Source: Armatimonadota bacterium
Lineage (GTDB): Bacteria; Armatimonadota; SYMT01
Reading direction: 5' to 3'
DNA length: 64,000 nucleotides
NCBI GenBank assembly: GCA_046292385.1
Contig: JBKBRF010000006.1
Location: 64,001-128,000, forward strand
Shown here: piece after piece, positions 26,301-33,331 of the stretch
Position numbering within the stretch: the first letter of the stretch is position 1
How the letters are laid out: every line of letters starts with the position of its first letter
Notes under the pieces: model-generated
Database searches by the model: none
The model's input: only the letters and a program-made list of their open reading frames with translations
Told to the model about the DNA's origin: nothing
Made by a program: the position numbers and the translations under genes

Positions 26301-27958
26301 CCCCCTTCGCCGCCATCGACGAGGAAGACGCCGTAGAGCCCGCGGTCCGGTATGGCGCCGCCGTTGGTGATGACGACCCGCTTCGCCCCCTCGCGAGAGG
26401 TGAGCGTTCCCGCCAGGCGGTCCCACGTGAGGCGGGGGCGCAGCTCCGCGAACTCGTCCGACGGGTAGCGGCCGGAGAGCATGTCGAGCACGCCTTCCAG
26501 CGCGGTGGGGGAGAGCTCCGCGTACGGGGCCGCGCGCCGGACGACGGCGGCGAGCTCTTCCACCCGCCAGTCGTCCATCGAGACCATCGCCACGATCTGC
26601 TGCGCCAGCACGTCGAGCGGGTTGCGCGGGTAGCGGAGCGGCTCCACCTGCCCCTCCCGCATCCGGGCGGTGAGCGCCGCGCAGGCGAGCAGGTCGCCGC
26701 GGAACTTCGGCAGGATGATCCCCTTGCTCGGCACCCCGATCTGGTGCCCGGCCCGGCCGATCCGCTGCAGCCCGCTCGCCACGCTCGGCGGCGCCTCCAC
26801 CTGGACCACCAGGTCGATGGCGCCCATGTCGATCCCCAGCTCCAGCGTGGAGGTGGCGACGAGCGCCGGCAGCCGCCCCGCCTTGAGGTCGTCCTCGATC
26901 TGCTGCCGCTGCTCCCGCGCGATCGAGCCGTGGTGCGCGCGGACCAGCTCCTCGCCGGCCAGCTCGTTCAGCGCCGCCGCCATCCGCTCCGCCAGGCGCC
27001 GGCTGTTCACGAAGATCAGCGTGGAGGTGTGGCGGCGAATCAGGTCGAGCAGCAGCGGGTGCATCGCGGGCCAGATGCTGGTCCGCTTCTCCGCCTGCGC
27101 CGCGGGACCGCTCGGGATCTCCTCCACCTGACCCAGCTTCGCCATGTCCTCCACGGCGACTTCGACCGTGAGATCCAACTCCTTCCGCTGGCCCGCGTCG
27201 GCAATCGCCACGGGACGGGGACGGCGCTCGTCGGCGTCCGGCGAGGAGAAGAAGCCGCCGAGGAAGCGCTGTGCCTCCTCCACAGGCCGCACGGTCGCCG
27301 AGAGTCCGATCCGCTGCAGCGGGAACTGGGTTAGCTCCTCCAGCCGCTCCAGAGAGAGCGAGAGGTGCGTGCCCCGCTTGCCGCCGACCATCGTGTGGAT
27401 CTCGTCCACGATCACCCAGCGGACGCTCCGCAGCGACTCCCGGGCGTTACTGGTGAGGAGCAGGAAGAGCGACTCGGGCGTGGTGATCAGGATGTCGTCC
27501 GGATTCCGCGCGAAGCGGGCACGGTCGCGCGAGGGGGTGTCCCCCGTGCGGATGGCGACCTCCGGCGTATGGAACGGGTGGCCCATCCGCTCCGCGTATC
27601 GGGAGACCCCCACCAGCGGCGCGCGCAGGTTCCGCTCCACGTCGACCGCCAGCGCCTTGAGCGGGGAGACGTAGAGCACCCGGCACCGCTCTTGCTTCGC
27701 CGGCACCGGCTCGAACATGAGGCGATCGATAGCGGAGAGGAACGCCGCCAGCGTCTTACCGGAGCCGGTCGGCGCGAGGAGCAGGGTCGACTGCCCGGAG
27801 GCGATCAGCGGCCACGCCAGCTCCTGGGCACGGGTCGGCGCCGCGAACGAGGCGTTGAACCACGCCCGCACCGGCTCGTGGAACAGCGACAGCACCGAGC
27901 CATCCGCCGCGCCGCCCGCCCTCGCGCCCCGCCTGCCCTTCACCGCCGCCTGTTCCAT
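23390..27958 (-). CDS. lhr: ATP-dependent Lhr helicase, long form with C-terminal winged-helix/glycosylase-like region
   Basis: APTGSGKT, YVSPLKALAVDVERNL, TTPESL, DEIH, GLSAT, HHGS, LELGIDMG, QRIGRAGH, DPANPYG. Confidence 0.95.
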   Translation of the reverse strand: MEQAAVKGRRGARAGGAADGSVLSLFHEPVRAWFNASFAAPTRAQELAWPLIASGQSTLLLAPTGSGKTLAAFLSAIDRLMFEPVPAKQERCRVLYVSPLKALAVDVERNLRAPLVGVSRYAERMGHPFHTPEVAIRTGDTPSRDRARFARNPDDILITTPESLFLLLTSNARESLRSVRWVIVDEIHTMVGGKRGTHLSLSLERLEELTQFPLQRIGLSATVRPVEEAQRFLGGFFSSPDADERRPRPVAIADAGQRKELDLTVEVAVEDMAKLGQVEEIPSGPAAQAEKRTSIWPAMHPLLLDLIRRHTSTLIFVNSRRLAERMAAALNELAGEELVRAHHGSIAREQRQQIEDDLKAGRLPALVATSTLELGIDMGAIDLVVQVEAPPSVASGLQRIGRAGHQIGVPSKGIILPKFRGDLLACAALTARMREGQVEPLRYPRNPLDVLAQQIVAMVSMDDWRVEELAAVVRRAAPYAELSPTALEGVLDMLSGRYPSDEFAELRPRLTWDRLAGTLTSREGAKRVVITNGGAIPDRGLYGVFLVDGGEGGGRGPSRRVGELDEEMVLETRPGETFVLGATTWRVEEITHDRVLVSPAPGQPGKMPFWHGETAGRPLEFGRAIGALCRTVRGMAPEEAVRFLAETHSLTPAAATNLLAYLEAQAEATGSVPDDRTIVVERYLDELGDWRVCILSPFGGKVHSAWAMAIGAMFRERTEQELDLIWTDDGIVARFAEAEEPPPVEAVIPDPEELEELVIRQLSVGGGGAREASGSAVVNALFASRFREAAMRALLLPRRYPGQRAPLWQQRKRAADLLNVAARYRSFPIVLETYRECLRDVFDLPALTELLRDIRRRAVRVVPVTTRSPSPFAASLMFNYVANFMYEGDAPLAERRAQALTVDPSQLRELLGEVELRELLDPDVLAELELQLQHLTPERRVRHADGLHDLLLRLGDLSFEELEHRSAREEVTVAEVLTQLERQRRVVRLPVGGEERYIAAEDAARYRDALGIPPPPGLPVAFLEPVDDPVGDLVARYARTHGPFTVHEVALRLGTGEGPVLTALQRMESAGRVVQGELRPGGTGREWCDAGVLRTLRQRSLARLRREVEPVEQSALGRLYLAWQGIGARRRGPEALLEVIEQLQGTSIPASDLETRVLPARLERYDSHELDMLTASGTVLWVGAGSLGERDGRLGLYLTEHAPLLLPARTDAPDHELHHLIREHLRTRGASFFAQLLQACGGKFQPEVTAALWDLVWAGEVTNDTLQPLRAYGSPRRRLERRTYGRLGLRPRALLPPEVSGRWSLVESLLFGSPSTTERLAAAARQLLERHGVLTREAVHAEGTPGGFTSVYPVLRRMEESGHLRRGYFVSGRGGTQFALPGALDRLRTLRDPEEEPQTVLLAATDPANPYGAALPWPEREEGRRPARAAGALVVLVDGALAAWMGRAERQLLTFFEGLPDREPAQVAAEIAGALANLVETGARRAVFIKEVDGRPAQETPLAPALREAGFTFGIHGFMRRA

Positions 27959-28125
27959 GCACCCACTCCCGTCCGCCCTGGCCGCAGAACTTAGTTTGAC
28001 TACATTACCCAGGACCGGGAAACCAACGTGGCGAAAGTGGCACGCGAATCGCCGTGCCGGCAAGCAATCGACCCGCCCGCGTGCTACGATTCATCTGGGA
28101 CTCACGGGAGGTCCGGAATCCGCCT

Positions 28126-28992
28126 ATGCCGCTGCGAAAGCCAACCGAGACCGGTCTTGAAGACTGCCCGCTGGCGGCGACGCAGTGGAGCGACCGCGGC
28201 CCGCGCGTGCTGCTGCTGCACGCGATCGGGTTCGACCGCCACACCTGGATGCCGGTGCTGCCGTCGCTGGAGGGGTACAGCGTGGTCGGCGTCGACCTCC
28301 CCGGCCACGGGGAGAGCGGCAAGCCGCCGGACGCGGACTACGGCCTGATCTCCCTCGGCAGCCGGATCGTGCGGTTCCTCGACGAGCTGGAGTGGGAGGA
28401 CGCGGTGCTGGTGGGGAACAGCCTCGGCGGCGGGACGGCGCTGGCCGCCGCGCTGCTGGCTCCGCATCGGGTGCGAGGACTGGCACTGCTCGGATCGGTC
28501 GGCATGCGGGGAGGGCTGCCGGCGGTCGGCCGCCTTGCCATGCTCCCGCTCGTCTCCCAGCTCGGAGGCCTGGCGCCGCTCCTGGCGATCCGCCTGGGGC
28601 TCCAGTACGCGCGCGCCCGGCGCAGCAGCCTTACGGCCGAGCGGTGCATCTCCTGCCAGGGCTACCTCGGCTCGGTCGACGGTCGGATCGCCTTCTTCCG
28701 CACCTTGCGCCAGCTCTATGGGCACGACATGGAGCGGATGATGCGCCACTACCACGAGATCCGCTGCCCCACCGCCGTCCTGCAGGGCGACCGCGACCCC
28801 CTCATCCGGCCCACCCATGCCCAGCGGCTGGTCCAGGCGATCCCCGGCGCAGAGCTGATCCACCTGCACCACTGCGGTCACTTCCCGCAAGAAGAATGCC
28901 CCGAGGAGACCGGCAACGCACTGCGAGGCTTCCTGAACCGGATTCACGCTGCGGCCCCGGCAGGAGGTGTAAGAAAGGAGATGAGGGGATGA
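28126..28992 (+). CDS. Alpha/beta fold hydrolase
   Basis: LLLHAIG, DLPGHGES, nucleophile GNSLGG, GDRD, CGHFPQEE. Confidence 0.9.
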   Translation: MPLRKPTETGLEDCPLAATQWSDRGPRVLLLHAIGFDRHTWMPVLPSLEGYSVVGVDLPGHGESGKPPDADYGLISLGSRIVRFLDELEWEDAVLVGNSLGGGTALAAALLAPHRVRGLALLGSVGMRGGLPAVGRLAMLPLVSQLGGLAPLLAIRLGLQYARARRSSLTAERCISCQGYLGSVDGRIAFFRTLRQLYGHDMERMMRHYHEIRCPTAVLQGDRDPLIRPTHAQRLVQAIPGAELIHLHHCGHFPQEECPEETGNALRGFLNRIHAAAPAGGVRKEMRG

Positions 28993-29170
28993 AACTGGGG
29001 ATATGGGGATGGGCAGCCAAACGGGCTTGGCTCCTACTCATAAGCCTACTCCAGTTCGGCTGGCCTCTGGAGAAAGAGAACGAGAAAGAGAATGAGAAGG
29101 AGCTGGGTTCGGAAGGTTCCCATCCCCCTCATCCCCGTTCCCCGTCCCCCCATCTCCTGAAAACGTTCGG
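28967..29170. repeat. Inverted pair of family G repeats with hexamer tract
   Basis: GTGTAAGAAAGGAGATGAGGGGAT..GGGCAGCC (28967-29018); (GAGAA.)n-CTGGGTTCGG..CATCTCCTGAAAACGTTCGG (29069-29170). Confidence 0.75.
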
Positions 29171-29185
29171 CCCCCCTGACGTGCC

Positions 29186-30151
29186 ATGAACTCATCCACT
29201 TTTGACGTCTTCGCGCTGGGCGAGACGATGATCCGGTTTACCCCGCGCGGGTTCACGCGCCTGGAAGAGGCGAGCGAGCTGGAGCTGCGTATCGGCGGCA
29301 GCGAGTCGAACGTCCTGGCGGCGCTCGCCCGGCTCGGCCTGCGCACCGCCTGGGGTAGCAAGCTCCCCCGCAGTCCGCTGGGGATGCTGGTGGCGCGGCG
29401 GCTGATGAGCTTCGGGATCGACGTCAGCGCGGTGAGCTGGGTCGACGACGCGCGGATGGGCCTCTACTTCATCGAGCCGGGGGCCGCGCCGCGCTCCTCG
29501 ACGGTGCTGTACGACCGCGCCGGCTCCGCCGCGAGCACGCTGACGCCGGACGACCTCGACTGGAGCGTCCTCGCGCGCTCCCGCCACCTGCACCTGACCG
29601 GCATCACGCCGGCGCTCGGGCCGGGACCGACGGAGACGGTGGCGCACGCCATCTACCAGGCGCGGAGCCAGGGGAAGACCGTCTCGTTCGACGTGAACCA
29701 CCGCGCGCGGCTCTGGTCGGCCACCACGGCCGAGGTGACGCTCCGGCCGCTGATCCGGGACCTCGACCTCCTGATCTGCCCGCTGAGCGACGCGGCCACG
29801 GTGTTCGGAATTGAGGGCGAGCCGGAGCAAGTGGCGCGAGGCCTGGGCGAGCTCACCTCCGCGCCGCTGGTCGCGCTCACCCTCGGCGGGGGCGGCGCGC
29901 TGCTGTGGGATCGGGAGCGCTTCCACCGCGCGGAGCCGTTCGCCGTCCAGGCGATCGACCGGGTGGGAGCGGGGGACGCCTTCGACGCCGGCCTGATCTG
30001 GGGCTTCCTGGCCGGCGACCCGGTGCGCGGGCTGCAGTACGGCATGGCGATGGCCGCCCTCAAGCACACCATGCCCGGCGACGAGTGCATCTCCTCACTC
30101 GCCGAGATCGAAGCGCTCCTGAGCGCCGGCCACCGCGACATCCAGCGGTGA
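29186..30151 (+). CDS. PfkB-family sugar kinase (2-keto-3-deoxygluconate kinase-like)
   Basis: GETMIR, GGSESNV, YDRAGSA, TGIT, FDVNHR, DRVGAGDAF. Confidence 0.9.
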   Translation: MNSSTFDVFALGETMIRFTPRGFTRLEEASELELRIGGSESNVLAALARLGLRTAWGSKLPRSPLGMLVARRLMSFGIDVSAVSWVDDARMGLYFIEPGAAPRSSTVLYDRAGSAASTLTPDDLDWSVLARSRHLHLTGITPALGPGPTETVAHAIYQARSQGKTVSFDVNHRARLWSATTAEVTLRPLIRDLDLLICPLSDAATVFGIEGEPEQVARGLGELTSAPLVALTLGGGGALLWDRERFHRAEPFAVQAIDRVGAGDAFDAGLIWGFLAGDPVRGLQYGMAMAALKHTMPGDECISSLAEIEALLSAGHRDIQR

Positions 30152-30210
30152 TTTGAGCGTCCGCTTTGCCCCGGAGTGAAGGAAACGCCGGCGGCGTCGG
30201 CTTTGCCCCG

Positions 30211-30308
30211 GAGTGAACTCCGGGGCTACATAGAGCGAAGCCCGCCTGCGCGGGCTGAGCGGGCGGAAGGTTCGGGAATTCATCCCTCATCCTTCCGCCC
30301 TCATCCCT
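30211..30308. repeat. REP family A copy followed by GGTTCGGG and a (TCATCCC)n heptamer tract
   Basis: Matches 15900-15945. The heptamer tract is the inverse of 37545-37583. Confidence 0.8.
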
Positions 30309-31340
30309 CTACCGAAGTCCCATCAGGTGCTTCACGATGAGCAGCTCGAGCGCTTCGTAGTCGCGGCGCGCGCGCAGGTCCTGCACCTCGGCGGGGTCGA
30401 CCTTTCGGGCCACTTCCACGAGCTGCAGGAAGATCTCCCGGCTGTTCTCCAGGTGGCGCCACGCGGACTCGAACGGCTGGGTGCGCATCACCTTCACGTC
30501 GAGGCCCACGTACTCGCCGTTCTGGCCGTAGCCGGCCTGCTCCAGCACCCAGACCTGATTGAACGCGCGGCGCAGATCGACCGTTCCGAACACCTTGTCC
30601 TGGTCGTACTTCAGGCCGTTCTGGTCGTTCAGGTGCACGCTCCAGAGCTTGTTGTGCCAGAGGGCGTAGGCCATCTCGTCGCTCGGGTCGAGGCCGGCGA
30701 GGATGGCGTGCGCACTCTCGATCAGGACGCCGGACCGGCTGGGATCGGCGGTCTTGTAGCAGAGCGCCAGGAAGTGGCCGGTGGTGGGGAGGTACATCAG
30801 GTCCATCGGCTCGTTCGGCTTCATCTCGCCGAGGATCCGGATCTCCTTATCGTACTCCAGCAGCGCGTTCGCGTACTCCAGCATGTAGTCGAAGCTCGCC
30901 TGGGCGTCCTTGCTCTCGCGGATGTAGGTCCCTTCCCGGGCCGGCCACCAGACGATGTCCTTCGTGCCGATCATCCGCGCGATGTCGACCGCCCGCTTGG
31001 AGCGGTCGAGGGCGTAGCGGCGCTCCTCCGCGTTGTTGGAAGTGACCGGACCGTCGACCGTCCGCGGGTCCTCCCAGAGGCGGGGCGCCACGAACTCCGC
31101 GGCGAGACCGCGGTCGTCGAGCATCTTCTTCACCTCGCCGACCGCGGCCTCCATCTGGTCGGCGGGGAGGTCGGCGGGGATGATGTCGTCATCGTGGAAC
31201 TGGATCGCCTGGAAGCCGAGCTTTACGGCCAGGTCCAGCTTCTCCTGGAACGGGCGGCTCGCGCGGACGGTGGGGCCGAACGGATCGGCGCCTTCGCTCA
31301 GGTTCCAGGGTCCAAAGGAAAATCGGTATTGCGTTGCCAT
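30309..31340 (-). CDS. xylA: Xylose isomerase-like TIM-barrel protein
   Basis: GADPFG, FHDDD, WPAREG, EMKPNEP, ESAH, HLNDQ..YDQD. Motifs diverge from canonical XylA. Confidence 0.75.
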   Translation of the reverse strand: MATQYRFSFGPWNLSEGADPFGPTVRASRPFQEKLDLAVKLGFQAIQFHDDDIIPADLPADQMEAAVGEVKKMLDDRGLAAEFVAPRLWEDPRTVDGPVTSNNAEERRYALDRSKRAVDIARMIGTKDIVWWPAREGTYIRESKDAQASFDYMLEYANALLEYDKEIRILGEMKPNEPMDLMYLPTTGHFLALCYKTADPSRSGVLIESAHAILAGLDPSDEMAYALWHNKLWSVHLNDQNGLKYDQDKVFGTVDLRRAFNQVWVLEQAGYGQNGEYVGLDVKVMRTQPFESAWRHLENSREIFLQLVEVARKVDPAEVQDLRARRDYEALELLIVKHLMGLR

Positions 31341-31462
31341 CGAGGAGAGCTCCAAACCGGCGCGCTGCCTCACACCAGCGAGAGGCGGAAGCGCCCGGGG
31401 GCCTGCGCGGCCCACATTAGATAAGCCGGGAGCCTGCCCGAACCCTCCCCCTTGGGAAGGCA

Positions 31463-31570
31463 AAAGGCCCTTAAAGGCTAAAGGCCCTTAAAGGCTAGAG
31501 GCAGAAGGCTAAAGTCCGAACCGTCCGTGCACGGGCGGCCCTGCTCCTGCTCCTACTCCTGCTCTTGCTC
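31463..31570 (+). repeat. AAAGGCT heptamer tract - TCCGAACC - (CTGCTC)n hexamer tract
   Basis: Read directly; same modular layout as 37545-37628. Confidence 0.75.
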
Positions 31571-31661
31571 GCTGGCGACCCTGGGGTTCCGGCATGTCCT
31601 CGATGGCCCGTGCTTCGCCTCGACCCTGGTTAGAACCCTACGCAGACGGATGAACGCCCGC

Positions 31662-32330
31662 TCACTCGGCCGGGTAGCGGAAGTGGTGGGTGATGGTCCA
31701 GGCTTCCAGGCAGTCTTCCTGGCGGGTGCCGCCGAGGTTGTGGATCACGAGCGGGAGGCCTTCCGCGCTCCGGACGTCCGAGAGCACCCCGCAGTGGCCC
31801 ATGCCGTTGGGCAGGTCCCAGTAGACCAGGTCGCCGGGCTGCCAGCTCTGCCTCGCCTCCCCGTCGGTGCGGGTGGGGAGGGCGCGGCCGAAGCGCTTCA
31901 GGAAGGTGATCTGGTTCGGCGTGCGGCGGTGGTCGATGTTCCGATCCGGGGCGCGCAGGCCGTACCGCTGCGGGTACTCGGCGAAGCGCCGCCGCATGTC
32001 CTCGTGGATCAGGCGCTGGAGGTCGAACCCGGCGGCGCGGAGGGCGCGGACGATCACGTCGGTGCAGGCGCCCCGGTCGGCGGGGACGTCGCCGCCGGGG
32101 TACTTCATCGAGACGTAGGAGGCGTCGTAGGAGACGCCGCGCCGCACCTCCGCCTTCGCGCCGTTGACGATCCGCTCCGCCGCCGTCCGCGGGCTCGGGA
32201 TCGACGCCAGCGGATCCTCCGCGTGACCGGCTCCCTGCCGCAGCGAGGGGGCCGGACCACCGGCCACGCGCTCGGAAGGGGCGCAGCCCGCCAGCGCGAG
32301 CGCACCGCAGAGCAGCGCGAGCGGGCGCAC
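31662..32330 (-). CDS. DUF1287 (YijF-like) lipoprotein
   Basis: Lipobox LAGC; YPGGDVP..GACTDVIVRA, NIDHRR, HCG, IHN. Confidence 0.9.
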   Translation of the reverse strand: MRPLALLCGALALAGCAPSERVAGGPAPSLRQGAGHAEDPLASIPSPRTAAERIVNGAKAEVRRGVSYDASYVSMKYPGGDVPADRGACTDVIVRALRAAGFDLQRLIHEDMRRRFAEYPQRYGLRAPDRNIDHRRTPNQITFLKRFGRALPTRTDGEARQSWQPGDLVYWDLPNGMGHCGVLSDVRSAEGLPLVIHNLGGTRQEDCLEAWTITHHFRYPAE

Positions 32331-32331
32331 G

Positions 32332-33072
32332 TCAGTCGCCGCCGCCGAACATGCGGCCGAGGTCGCCGAAAGTGCCGGCCACCCCGCCCAGGCCGCTGCT
32401 CCCCTCCGTGGTGGCGCCGGTGATGCGGCCGGCCAGGCGAGAGAACGGCAGCGTCTGCAGGATGATCTGGCCCGGACCGGTGAGCGTGGCCAGGAAGAGC
32501 CCCTCTCCGCCGAAGAGCGTGTTCTTGAAGCCGCCGACGAACTGGATGTCGTACTGCACCGATTCCTCGAAGCCGACGATGCAGCCGGTATCGACCTTGA
32601 TCCGCTGTCCCGGTCCCAGCGTGTACTCCACGAAGTTGCCGCCGCCGGAGATGAAGGCGGGGCCGTGTCCGCTCAGGCGCTGCAGGATGAACCCCTCGCC
32701 GCCGAAGAAGCCGGCGCCGAGCTTCTTGGTGAAGGCGATACTGATCTCGACCGAGGTGCCGGAGAAGAGATAGGAATCGCGCTGGCAGATCCAGCTCTGG
32801 CCCATCAGGTCGAGCTGGCGCACCTTTCCCGGCGTGGGTGAGGCGAACGCCACCATCGCCTGCGGCGCCTGGCAGCGGAAGTAGGGGATGAAGAGGCTCT
32901 CGCCCACCAGCATCCGCTTGAGCCCGCCGAAGAGCCCGCCGGACATCTGCGTGTCCATCTGGACGCCGTCGGTCATGAAGAGCATCGAGCCCGCTTCCGC
33001 CCGGACCTCCTCACCGGCCCCCATCTGCACGATCACCGCCTGCATCACGTCGCCAACCACCTGAAAGTTCAT
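32332..33072 (-). CDS. TIGR00266/AIM24-family protein
   Basis: AEAGSM, GESLF, GFFGGEGFILQ, VDTGC, FGGEGLFLATLTGPG, QTLPFSR. Confidence 0.92.
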   Translation of the reverse strand: MNFQVVGDVMQAVIVQMGAGEEVRAEAGSMLFMTDGVQMDTQMSGGLFGGLKRMLVGESLFIPYFRCQAPQAMVAFASPTPGKVRQLDLMGQSWICQRDSYLFSGTSVEISIAFTKKLGAGFFGGEGFILQRLSGHGPAFISGGGNFVEYTLGPGQRIKVDTGCIVGFEESVQYDIQFVGGFKNTLFGGEGLFLATLTGPGQIILQTLPFSRLAGRITGATTEGSSGLGGVAGTFGDLGRMFGGGD

Positions 33073-33156
33073 TCGCTCCACGCCTCCGGCTGATTCAACG
33101 CAAACTCCCGGCGGCGGGATACGCCGCGTCTCTTCCGGTGACCGCGTCTGGCTGGT

Positions 33157-33286
33157 GGGAGCGGAGTGGGAGAGTGGGAGAGACTCGCTGCAGGTTTGCA
33201 AGTTGGCAGGTTGCAGGTTCCGAACCCCTGCCATCGGTAGGATCAACCTGCAACCTGCAACCTGCTAACCTGGAACCTGTTAACCT
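33157..33286. repeat. Inverted (GCAGGTT)n / (AACCTGC)n heptamer tracts around TCCGAACCC
   Basis: GCAGGTTTGCAAGTTGGCAGGTTGCAGGTTCCGAACCC, then CAACCTGCAACCTGCAACCTGCTAACCTG. Similar tract at 62841-62875. Confidence 0.75.
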
Positions 33287-33331
33287 CGGCCCTCTCTCGC
33301 TCCACCCCAGAAGAAGCAACCGGTCACCGGA

